NCBI GenBank assembly: GCA_964016885.1
Contig: OZ024743.1
Span: 131,254,001 to 131,318,000, forward strand
Reading direction: 5' to 3'
Source of the DNA: Eledone cirrhosa
Taxonomy: Eukaryota
Length of the DNA stretch: 64,000 nt
Each line of letters starts with the position of its first letter. Position 1 is the first letter of the stretch. The notes beneath the pieces were generated by a model. That model searched no databases. It was given only the letters and a program-made list of their open reading frames with translations, and was not told where the DNA came from. The position numbers were made by a program, and so were the translations under genes. Below are positions 1-11,140 of the stretch, piece by piece.

Positions 1-1550
1 TTGGTGCTTGGTGCTTGGTGTTTGGTGCTTGGTGCTTGGTGTTTGGTGCTTGGTGTTTGGTGCTTGGTGCTTGGTGCTTGGTGTTTGTACTTGGTGCTTG
101 GTGCTTGGTGTTTGGTTCTTGGTTCTTGGTGTTTGGTACTTGGTGCTTGGTGCTTGGTGCTTGATGTTTGGTGTTTGGTGGTTGGTGTTTGGTGCTTGGT
201 GCTTGGTGCTTGGTGTTAGGTGTTTGGTGCTTGGTCCTTGGTGTTTGGTGCTTGGTGTTTGGTGTTTGCTGTCTGCTTTTTGGTGTTTAGTGTTTGCTGT
301 ATGGTGTTTGGTGTTTGCTGTTTGGTGTTTGGTCTTTGGTGCTTGGTGTTTGGTGCTTGGTGCTTGGTGTTTGGTGTTTGGTGCTTGGTGCTTGGTGTTT
401 GGTGTTATATGCTTGGTGTTTGATGCTTGGTGCTTGGTGCTTGGTGTTTGGTGTTTGGTGTTTGTACTTGGTGCTTGGTGCTTGGTGCTTGGTGTTTGGT
501 GCTTGGTGTTTGGTGCTTGGTGCTTGGTGCTTGGTGCTTGGTGCTTGGTGTTTGGTGGTTGGTGTTTGGTGCTTGGTGTTAGGTGTTTGGTGCTTGGTGC
601 TTGGTGTTTGGTGTTTGGTGCTTGGTGTTTGGTGTTTGGTGCTTGGTGTTTGGTGCTTGGTACTTGGTGCTTGGTGCTTGGTGTTAGGTGTTTGGTGCTT
701 GGTGTTTGGTGCTTGGTGTTTGGTGCTTGGTGCTTGGTGCTTGGTGCTTGGTGTTTGGTGGTTGGTGTTTGGTGCTTGGTGTTTGGTGCTTGGTGCTTGG
801 TGTTTGTACTTGGTGCTTGGTGCTTGGTTCTTGGTGTTTGGTGCTTGGTGCTTGGTGTTTGATGCTTGGTGCTTGGTGTTTGGTGCTTGGTGTTTGGTGC
901 TTGGTGATTGGTGCTTGGTGTTTGTACTTGGTGCTTGGTGCTTGGTGTTTGGTTCTTGGTTCTTGGTGTTTGGTACTTGGTGCTTGGTGCTTGGTGCTTG
1001 ATGTTTGGTGTTTGGTGGTTGGTGTTTGGTGCTTGGTGCTTGGTGCTTGGTGTTAGGTGTTTGGTGCTTGGTCATTGGTGTTTGGTGCTTGGTGTTTGGT
1101 GTTTGCTGTCTGCTTTTTGGTGTTTAGTGTTTGCTGTATGGTGTTTGGTGTTTGCTGTTTGGTGTTTGGTCTTTGGTGCTTGGTGTTTGGTGCTTGGTGC
1201 TTGGTGTTTGGTGTTTGGTGCTTGGTGCTTGGTGTTTGGTGTTATATGCTTGGTGTTTGATGCTTGGTGCTTGGTGCTTGGTGTTTGGTGTTTGGTGTTT
1301 GTACTTGGTGCTTGGTGCTTGGTGCTTGGTGTTTGGTGCTTGGTGTTTGGTGCTTGGTGTTTGGTGCTTGGTGCTTGGTGCTTGGTGCTTGGTGTTTGGT
1401 GGTTGGTGCTTGGTGCTTGGTGTTAGGTGTTTGGTGCTTGGTGCTTGGTGTTTGGTGTTTGGTGCTTGGTGTTTGGTGTTTGGTGCTTGGTGTTTGGTGC
1501 TTGGTACTTGGTGCTTGGTGCTTGGTGTTAGGTGTTTGGTGCTTGGTGTT
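1..1550 (+). repeat. 837-bp higher-order tandem duplication (copy 1 ~1-837, partial copy 2 ~838-1550)
   Basis: Identical translations at 220..423 and 1057..1260; ORFs at 294 and 1131 share the same start (offset 837). 837 = 120x7 - 3, matching three 6-mer TTGTAC units per period. Confidence 0.9.
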
Positions 1551-3149
1551 TGGTGTCTGGTTTTTGGTGCTTGGTGCTTGGTGTTTGGTGCTTGCTGCTG
1601 GCTGCTTGGTGTTTGGTGCCTGGTGATTGGTGCTTGGTGTTTGGTGCCTGGTGTTTGGTGTTTGGTGCTAGGTGCTTGGTGTTTGGTTCTTGGTGCTTGG
1701 TGTTTGTACTTGGTGCTTGGTGCTTGGTTCTTGGTGTTTGGTGCTTGGTGCTTGGTGTTTGGTGCTTGGTGCTTGGTGTTTGGTGCTTGGTGTTTGGTGC
1801 TTGGTGTTTGGTGCTTGGTGCTTGGTGCTTGGTGTTTGGTGCCTGGTGTTTGGTGCTTGGTGTTAGGTGTTTGGTGCTTGGTGCTTGGTGTTAGGTGTTT
1901 GGTGCTTGGTGTTTGGTGCTTGGTGTTTGGTGCTTGGTGCTTGGTGCTTGGTGCTTGGTGTTTGGTGGTTGGTGTTTGGTGCTTGGTGTTAGGTGTTTGG
2001 TGCTTGGTGCTTGGTGTTTGGTGTTTGGTACTTGGTGTTTGGTGTTTGGTGCTTGGTGTTTGGTGCTTTTTGCTTGGTGCTTGGTGCTTGGTGTTTGGTG
2101 CTTGGTGCTTGGTGTTTGGTGCTGGGTGCTTGGTGTTTGGTGTTTGGTGTTATATGCTTGGTGTTTGATGCTTGGTGCTTGGTGCTTGGTGTTTGGTGTT
2201 AGGTGCTTGGTGTTTGATGCTTGGTGCTTGGTGCTTGGTGTTTGGTGCTTGGTGCTTGGTGTTTGGTGCTTGGTGCTTGGTATTTGGTGCTTGGTGTTTG
2301 GTGCTTGGTGTTTGGTGCTTGGTGCTTGGTGCTTGGTGCTTGGTGTTTGGTGGTTGGTGCTTGGTGCTTGGTGTTTGGTGCTAGGTGCTTGGTGCTTGGT
2401 GCTTGGTGTTTGCTGTTTGCTGTTTGGTGTTTGGTGTTTGCTGTTTGCTGTTTGGTGTTTGGTGTTTGCTGTTTGCTGTTTGGTGTCTGCTTTTTGGTGT
2501 TTGTTGTTTGCTCTATGGTGTTTGCTGTTTCATGTTTGGTGTTTGCTGTTTGGTGTTTGTTGTTTGGTGTTTGGTGCTTGGTGTTTGGTGCTTGGTGCTT
2601 GGTGTTTGGTGCTAGGTGCTTGGTGCTTGGTGCTTGGTGTTTGGTGTTTGGTGCTTGGTACTTGGGGCTTGGTGTTTGGTGCTTGGTGCTTCGTGCTTGG
2701 TGTTTGGTGCTTGGTGCTTGGTGTTTGGTGTTATATGCTTGGTGTTTGATGCTTGGTGCTTGGTGCTTGGTGTTTGGTGTTTGGTGTTTGTACTTGGTGC
2801 TTGGTGCTTGGTGCTTGGTGTTTGGTGCTTGGTGTTTGGTGCTTGGTGCTTGGTGCTTGGTGCTTGGTGCTTGGTGTTTGGTGGTTGGTGTTTGGTGCTT
2901 GGTGTTAGGTGTTTGGTGCTTGGTGCTTGGTGTTTGGTGTTTGGTGCTTGGTGTTTGGTGTTTCGTGCTTGGTGTTTGGTGCTTGGTACTTGGTGCTTGG
3001 TGCTTGGTGTTAGGTGTTTGGTGCTTGGTGTTTGGTGCTTGGTGTTTGGTGCTTGGTGCTTGGTGCTTGGTGCTTGGTGTTTGGTGTTTGGTGTCTGGTT
3101 TTTGGTGCTTGGTGCTTGGTGCTTGGTGCTTGGTGTTTGGTGGTTGGTG

Positions 3150-3650
3150 TTTGGTGCTTGGTGTTAGGTGTTTGGTGTTTGGTGCTTGGTGTTAGGTGTT
3201 TGGTGCTTGGTGCTTGGTGTTTGGTGTTTGGTGCTTGGTGTTTGGTGTTTGGTGCTTGGTGTTTGATGCTTTTTGCTTGGTGCTTGGTGCTTGGTGTTTG
3301 GTGCTTGGTTCTTGGTGTTTGGTGCTGGGTGCTTGGTGTTTGGTGTTTGGTGTTATATGCTTGGTGTTTGGTGCTTGGTGATTGGTGCTTGGTGTTTGGT
3401 GCTTGGTGTTAGGTGTTTGGTGTTTGGTGCTTGGTGTTAGGTGTTTGGTGCTTGGTGCTTGGTGTTTGGTGTTTGGTGCTTGGTGTTTGGTGTTTGGTGC
3501 TTGGTGTTTGATGCTTTTTGCTTGGTGCTTGGTGCTTGGTGTTTGGTGCTTGGTTCTTGGTGTTTGGTGCTGGGTGCTTGGTGTTTGGTGTTTGGTGTTA
3601 TATGCTTGGTGTTTGGTGCTTGGTGATTGGTGCTTGGTGTTTGGTGCTTG
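3150..3650 (+). repeat. 245-bp (35-unit) tandem duplication
   Basis: Identical 61-aa translations at 3196..3381 and 3441..3626; both carry the private variant TTGATGC-TTTTTGC. Confidence 0.9.
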
Positions 3651-6600
3651 GTGTTTGGTGTTTGGTGCTAGGTGCTTGGTGTTTGGTGCTTGGTGCTTGG
3701 TGTTTGTACTTGGTGCTTGGTGCTTGGTTCTTGGTGTTTGGTGCTTGGTGCTTGGTGTTTGGTGCTTGGTGCTTGGTGTTTGGTGCTTGGTGTTTGGTGC
3801 TTGGTGTTTGGTGCTTGGTTCTTGGTGCTTGGTGTTTGGTGCTTGGTGTTTGGTGCTTGGTGTTAGGTGTTTGGTGCTTGGTGTTTGGTGCTTGGTACTT
3901 GGTGCTTGGTGCTTGGTGTTAGGTGTTTGGTGCTTGGTGTTTGGTGTTTGGTGTTTGGTGCTAGATGCTTGGTGTTTGGTGCTTGGTGCTTGGTGTTTGT
4001 ACTTGGTGCTTGGTGCTTGGTTCTTGGTGTTTGGTGCTTGGTGCTTGGTGTTTGGTGCTTGGTGCTTGGTGTTTGGTGCTTGGTGTTTGGTGCTTGGTGC
4101 TTGGTGCTTGGTGTTTGTACTTGGTGCTTGGTGCTTGGTGTTTGGTTCTTGGTTCTTGGTGTTTGGTACTTGGTGCTTGGTGCTTGGTGCTTGATGTTTG
4201 GTGTTTGGTGGTTGGTGTTTGGTGCTTGGTGCTTGGTGCTTGGTGTTAGGTGTTTGGTGCTTGGTCCTTGGTGTTTGGTGCTTGGTGTTTGGTGTTTGCT
4301 GTCTGCTTTTTGGTGTTTAGTGTTTGCTGTATGGTGTTTGGTGTTTGCTGTTTGGTGTTTGGTCTTTGGTGCTTGGTGTTTGGTGCTTGGTACTTGGTGC
4401 TTGGTGCTTGGTGTTAGGTGTTTGGTGCTTGGTGTTTGGTGCTTGGTGTTTGGTGCTTGGTGCTTGGTGCTTGGTGCTTGGTGTTTGGTGTTTGGTGTCT
4501 GGTTTTTGGTGCTTGGTGCTTGGTGCTTGGTGCTTGGTGTTTGGTGGTTGGTGTTTGGTGCTTGGTGTTAGGTGTTTGGTGTTTGGTGCTTGGTGTAAGG
4601 TGTTTGGTGCTTGGTGCTTGGTGTTTGGTGTTTGGTGCTTGGTGTTTGGTGTTTGGTGCTTGGTGTTTGGTGCTTTTTGCTTGGTGCTTGGTGCTTGGTG
4701 TTTGGTGCTTGGTTCTTGGTGTTTGGTGCTGGGTGCTTGGTGTTTGGTGTTTGGTGTTATATGCTTGGTGTTTGGTGCTTGGTGATTGGTGCTTGGTGTT
4801 TGGTGCTTGGTGTTTGGTGTTTGGTGCTAGGTGCTTGGTGTTTGGTGCTTGGTGCTTGGTGTCTGTACTTGGTGCTTGGTGCTTGGTTCTTGGTGTTTGG
4901 TGCTTGGTGCTTGGTGTTTGGTGCTTGGTGCTTGGTGTTTGGTGCTTGGTGTCTGGTGCTTGGTGTTTGGTGCTTGGTTCTTGGTGCTTGGTGTTTGGTG
5001 CTTGGTGTTTGGTGCTTGGTGTTAGGTGTTTGGTGCTTGGTGTTTGGTGCTTGGTACTTGGTGCTTGGTGCTTGGTGTTAGGTGTTTGGTGCTTGGTGTT
5101 TGGTGTCTGGTTTTTGGTGCTTGGTGCTTGGTGTTTGGTGCTTGCTGCTGGCTGCTTGGTGTGTGGTGCTTGGTGATTGGTGCTTGGTGTTTGGTGCTTG
5201 GTGTTTGGTGTTTGGTGCTAGATGCTTGGTGTTTGGTGCTTGGTGCTTGGTGTTTGTACTTGGTGCTTGGTGCTTGGTTCTTGGTGTTTGGTGCTTGGTG
5301 CTTGGTGTTTGGTGCTTGGTGCTTGGTGTTTGGTGCTTGGTGTTTGGTGCTTGGTGCTTGGTGCTTGGTGTTTGTACTTGGTGCTTGGTGCTTGGTGTTT
5401 GGTTCTTGGTTCTTGGTGTTTGGTACTTGGTGCTTGGTGCTTGGTGCTTGATGTTTGGTGTTTGGTGGTTGGTGTTTGGTGCTTGGTGCTTGGTGCTTGG
5501 TGTTAGGTGTTTGGTGCTTGGTCCTTGGTGTTTGGTGCTTGGTGTTTGGTGTTTGCTGTCTGCTTTTTGGTGTTTAGTGTTTGCTGTATGGTGTTTGGTG
5601 TTTGCTGTTTGGTGTTTGGTCTTTGGTGCTTGGTGTTTGGTGCTTGGTGCTTGGTGTTTGGTGCTTGGTGCTTGGTGTTTGGTGTTTGGTGCTTGGTGCT
5701 TGGTGTTTGGTGTTATATGCTTGGTGTTTGATGCTTGGTGCTTGGTGCTTGGTGTTTGGTGTTTGGTGTTTGTACTTGGTGCTTGGTGCTTGGTGCTTGG
5801 TGTTTGGTGCTTGGTGTTTGGTGCTTGGTGTTTGGTGCTTGGTGCTTGGTGCTTGGTGCTTGGTGTTTGGTGGTTGGTGCTTGGTGCTTGGTGTTAGGTG
5901 TTTGGTGCTTGGTGCTTGGTGTTTGGTGTTTGGTGCTTGGTGTTTGGTGTTTGGTGCTTGGTGTTTGGTGCTTGGTACTTGGTGCTTGGTGCTTGGTGTT
6001 AGGTGTTTGGTGCTTGGTGTTTGGTGTCTGGTTTTTGGTGCTTGGTGCTTGGTGTTTGGTGCTTGCTGCTGGCTGCTTGGTGTTTGGTGCCTGGTGATTG
6101 GTGCTTGGTGTTTGGTGCTTGGTGTTTGGTGTTTGGTGCTAGGTGCTTGGTGTTTGGTTCTTGGTGCTTGGTGTTTGTACTTGGTGCTTGGTGCTTGGTT
6201 CTTGGTGTTTGGTGCTTGGTGCTTGGTGTTTGGTGCTTGGTGCTTGGTGTTTGGTGCTTGGTGCTTGGTGCTTGGTGCTTGGTGCTTGGTGCTTGGTGGT
6301 TGGTGTTTGGTGCTTGGTGTTAGGTGTTTGGTGCTTGGTGCTTGGTGTTTGGTGTTTGGTGCTTGGTGTTTGGTGTTTCGTGCTTGGTGTTTGGTGCTTG
6401 GTACTTGGTGCTTGGTGCTTGGTGTTAGGTGTTTGGTGCTTGGTGTTTGGTGCTTGGTGTTTGGTGCTTGGTGCTTGGTGCTTGGTGCTTGGTGTTTGGT
6501 GTTTGGTGTCTGGTTTCTGGTGCTTGGTGCTTGGTGCTTGGTGCTTGGTGTTTGGTGGTTGGTGTTTGGTGCTTGGTGTTAGGTGTTTGGTGTTTGGTGC

Positions 6601-8513
6601 TTGGTGTTAGGTGTTTGGTGCTTGGTGCTTGGTGTTTGGTGTTTGGTGCTTGGTGTTTGGTGTTTGGTGCTTGGTGTTTGGTGCTTTTTGCTTGGTGCTT
6701 GGTGCTTGGTGTTTGGTGCTTGGTTCTTGGTGTTTGGTGCTGGGTGCTTGGTGTTTGGTGTTTGGTGTTATATGCTTGGTGTTTGGTGCTTGGTGATTGG
6801 TGCTTGGTGTTTGGTGCTTGGTGTTTGGTGTTTGGTGCTAGGTGCTTGGTGTTTGGTGCTTGGTACTTGGTGTTTGTACTTGGTGCTTGGTGCTTGGTTC
6901 TTGGTGTTTGGTGCTTGGTGCTTGGTGTTTGGTGCTTGGTGCTTGGTGTTTGGTGCTTGGTGTTTGGTGCTTGGTGTTTGGTGCTTGGTTCTTGGTGCTT
7001 GGTGTTTGGTGCTTGGTGTTTGGTGCTTGGTGTTAGGTGTTTGGTGCTTGGTGTTTGGTGCTTGGTACTTGGTGCTTGGTGCTTGGTGTTAGGTGTTTGG
7101 TGCTTGGTGTTTGGTGTCTGGTTTTTGGTGCTTGGTGCTTGGTGTTTGGTGCTTGCTGCTGGCTGCTTGGTGTGTGGTGCTTGGTGATTGGTGCTTGGTG
7201 TTTGGTGCTTGGTGTTTGGTGTTTGGTGCTAGATGCTTGGTGTTTGGTGCTTGGTGCTTGGTGTTTGTACTTGGTGCTTGGTGCTTGGTTCTTGGTGTTT
7301 GGTGCTTGGTGCTTGGTGTTTGGTGCTTGGTGCTTGGTGCTTGGTGTTTGTACTTGGTGCTTGGTGCTTGGTGTTTGGTTCTTGGTTCTTGGTGTTTGGT
7401 ACTTGTTGCTTGGTGCTTGGTGCTTGATGTTTGGTGTTTGGTGGTTGGTGTTTGGTGCTTGGTGCTTGGTGCTTGGTGTTAGGTGTTTGGTGCTTGGTCC
7501 TTGGTGTTTGGTGCTTGGTGTTTGGTGTTTGCTGTCTGCTTTTTGGTGTTTAGTGTTTGCTGTATGGTGTTTGGTGTTTGCTGTTTGGTGTTTGGTCTTT
7601 GGTGCTTGGTGTTTGGTGCTTGGTACTTGGTGCTTGGTGCTTGGTGTTAGGTGTTTGGTGCTTGGTGTTTGGTGCTTGGTGTTTGGTGCTTGGTGCTTGG
7701 TGCTTGGTGTTTGGTGTTTGGTGTCTGGTTTTTGGTGCTTGGTGCTTGGTGCTTGGTGCTTGGTGTTTGGTGGTTGGTGTTTGGTGCTTGGTGTTAGGTG
7801 TTTGGTGTTTGCTGCTTGGTGTTAGGTGTTTGGTGCTTGGTGCTTGGTGTTTGGTGTTTGGTGCTTGGTGTTTGGTGTTTGGTGCTTGGTGTTTGGTGCT
7901 TTTTGCTTGGTGCTTGGTGCTTGGTGTTTGGTGCTTGGTTCTTGGTGTTTGGTGCTGGGTGCTTGGTGTTTGGTGTTTGGTGTTATATGCTTGGTGTTTG
8001 GTGCTTGGTGATTGGTGCTTGGTGTTTGGTGCTTGGTGTTTGGTGTTTGGTGCTAGGTGCTTGGTGTTTGGTGCTTGGTGCTTGGTGTTTGTACTTGGTG
8101 CTTGGTGCTTGGTTCTTGGTGTTTGGTGCTTGGTGCTTGGTGTTTGGTGCTTGGTGCTTGGTGTTTGGTGCTTGGTGTTTGGTGCTTGGTGTTTGGTGCT
8201 TGGTTCTTGGTGCTTGGTGTTTGGTGCTTGGTGTTTGGTGCTTGGTGTTAGGTGTTTGGTGCTTGGTGTTTGGTGCTTGGTACTTGGTGCTTGGTGCTTG
8301 GTGTTAGGTGTTTGGTGCTTGGTGTTTGGTGTCTGGTTTTTGGTGCTTGGTGCTTGGTGTTTGGTGCTTGCTGCTGGCTGCTTGGTGTGTGGTGCTTGGT
8401 GATTGGTGCTTGGTGTTTGGTGCTTGGTGTTTGGTGTTTGGTGCTAGATGCTTGGTGTTTGGTGCTTGGTGCTTGGTGTTTGTACTTGGTGCTTGGTGCT
8501 TGGTTCTTGGTGT

Positions 8514-11140
8514 TTGGTGCTTGGTGCTTGGTGTTTGGTGCTTGGTGCTTGGTGTTTGGTGCTTGGTGTTTGGTGCTTGGTGCTTGGTGCTTGGTGTTTG
8601 TACTTGGTGCTTGGTGCTTGGTGTTTGGTTCTTGGTTCTTGGTGTTTGGTACTTGGTGCTTGGTGCTTGGTGCTTGATGTTTGGTGTTTGGTGGTTGGTG
8701 TTTGGTGCTTGGTGCTTGGTGCTTGGTGTTAGGTGTTTAGTGCTTGGTCCTTGGTGTTTGGTGCTTGGTGTTTGGTGTTTGCTGTCTGCTTTTTGGTGTT
8801 TAGTGTTTGCTGTATGGTGTTTGGTGTTTGCTGTTTGGTGTTTGGTCTTTGGTGCTTGGTGTTTGGTGCTTGGTGCTTGGTGTTTGGTGTTTGGTGCTTG
8901 GTGCTTGGTGTTTGGTTTTCTATGCTTGGTGTTTGATGCTTGGTGCTTGGTGCTTGGTGTTTGGTGTTTGGTGTTTGTACTTGGTGCTTGGTGCTTGGTG
9001 CTTGGTGTTTGGTGCTTGGTGTTTGGTGCTTGGTGCTTGGTGCTTGGTGCTTGGTGCTTGGTGTTTGGTGGTTGGTGTTTGGTGCTTGGTGTTAGGTGTT
9101 TGGTGCTTGGTGCTTGGTGTTTGGTGTTTGGTGCTTGGTGTTTGGTGTTTGGTGCTTGGTGTTTGGTGCTTGGTACTTGGTGCTTGGTGCTTGGTGTTAG
9201 GTGTTTGGTGCTTGGTGTTTGGTGCTTGGTGTTTGGTGCTTGGTGCTTGGTGCTTGGTGCTTGGTGTTTGGTGGTTGGTGTTTGGTGCTTGGTGTTTGGT
9301 GCTTGGTGCTTGGTGTTTGTACTTGGTGCTTGGTGCTTGGTTCTTGGTGTTTGGTGCTTGGTGCTTGGTGTTTGATGCTTGGTGCTTGGTGTTTGGTGCT
9401 TGGTGTTTGGTGCTTGGTGCTTGGTGCTTGGTGTTTGTACTTGGTGCTTGGTGCTTGCTGTTTGGTTCTTGGTTCTTGGTGTTTGGTACTTGGTGCTTGG
9501 TGCTTGGTGCTTGATGTTTGGTGTTTGGTGGTTGGTGTTTGGTGCTTGGTGCTTGGTGCTTGGTGTTTGGTGTTTGCTGTCTGCTTTTTGGTGTTTAGTG
9601 TTTGCTGTATGGTGTTTGGTGTTTGCTGTTTGGTGTTTGGTCTTTGGTGCTTGGTGTTTGGTGCTTGGTGCTTGGTGTTTGGTGTTTGGTGCTTGGTGCT
9701 TGGTGTTTGGTGTTATATGCTTGGTGTTTGATGCTTGGTGCTTGGTGCTTGGTGTTTGGTGTTTGGTGTTTGTACTTGGTGCTTGGTGCTTGGTGCTTGG
9801 TGTTTGGTGCTTGGTGTTTGGTGCTTGGTGTTTGGTGCTTGGTGCTTGGTGTTTGGTGCTTGGTGTTTGGTGTTTGCTGTCTGCTTTTTGGTGTTTAGTG
9901 TTTGCTGTATGGTGTTTGGTGTTTGCTGTTTGGTGTTTGGTCTTTGGTGCTTGGTGTTTGGTGCTTGGTGCTTGGTGTTTGGTGTTTGGTGCTTGGTGCT
10001 TGGTGTTTGGTGTTATATGCTTGGTGTTTGATGCTTGGTGCTTGGTGCTTGGTGTTTGGTGTTTGGTGTTTGTACTTGGTGCTTGGTGCTTGGTGCTTGG
10101 TGTTTGGTGCTTGGTGTTTGGTGCTTGGTGTTTGGTGCTTGGTGCTTGGTGCTTGGTGCTTGGTGTTAGGTGGTTGGTGCTTGGTGGTGCTTGGTGTTAG
10201 GTGTTTGGTGCTTGGTGCTTGGTGTTTGGTGTTTGGTGCTTGGTGTTTGGTGTTTGGTGCTTGGTGTTTGGTGCTTGGTACTTGGTGCTTGGTGCTTGGT
10301 GTTAGGTGTTTGGTGCTTGGTGTTTGGTGTCTGGTTTTTGGTGCTTGGTGCTTGGTGTTTGGTGCTTGCTGCTGGCTGCTTGGTGTTTGGTGCCTGGTGA
10401 TTGGTGCTTGGTGTTTGGTGCTTGGTGTTTGGTGTTTGGTGCTAGGTGCTTGGTGTTTGGTTCTTGGTGCTTGGTGTTTGTACTTGGTGCTTGGTGCTTG
10501 GTTCTTGGTGTTTGGTGCTTGGTGCTTGGTGTTTGGTGCTTGGTGCTTGGTGTTTGGTGCTTGGTGTTTGGTGCTTGGTGTTTGGTGCTTGGTGCTTGGT
10601 GCTTGGTGTTTGGTGCCTGGTGTTTGGTGCTTGGTGTTAGGTGTTTGGTGCTTGGTGCTTGGTGTTAGGTGTTTGGTGCTTGGTGTTTGGTGCTTGGTGT
10701 TTGGTGCTTGGTGCTTGGTGCTTGGTGCTTGGTGTTTGGTGGTTGGTGTTTGGTGCTTGGTGTTAGGTGTTTGGTGCTTGGTGCTTGGTGTTTGGTGTTT
10801 GGTACTTGGTGTTTGGTGTTTGGTGCTTGGTGTTTGGTGCTTTTTGCTTGGTGCTTGGTGCTTGGTGTTTGGTGCTTGGTGCTTGGTGTTTGGTGCTGGG
10901 TGCTTGGTGTTTGGTGTTTGGTGTTATATGCTTGGTGTTTGATGCTTGGTGCTTGGTGCTTGGTGTTTGGTGTTAGGTGCTTGGTGTTTGATGCTTGGTG
11001 CTTGGTGCTTGGTGTTTGGTGCTTGGTGCTTGGTGTTTGGTGCTTGGTGCTTGGTGTTTGGTGCTTGGTGTTTGGTGCTTGGTGTTTGGTGCTTGGTGCT
11101 TGGTGCTTGGTGCTTGGTGTTTGGTGGTTGGTGCTTGGTG
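8514..11140 (+). repeat. Copy of ~1-2370 at ~8.5-8.8 kb offset
   Basis: ORF pairs 220/8733, 294/8807 and 688/9201 (offset 8513). The offset becomes 8771 (1131/9902) and then 8774 (1532/10306, 1672/10446, 1993/10767) after an internal 300-bp duplication, a 42-bp loss and a 3-bp insertion. Confidence 0.88.
9545..10150 (+). repeat. 300-bp tandem duplication nested in the 8.5-kb copy
   Basis: Variant island at 9574 and 9874; lines 9601-9840 and 9901-10140 are identical by inspection. Confidence 0.9.

Noticed and set aside
406-412. Recurrent TATATGC variant as a TATA box or -10 element
   Set aside because: It is a triple-substituted repeat unit propagated by duplication, with no downstream gene or other promoter elements.
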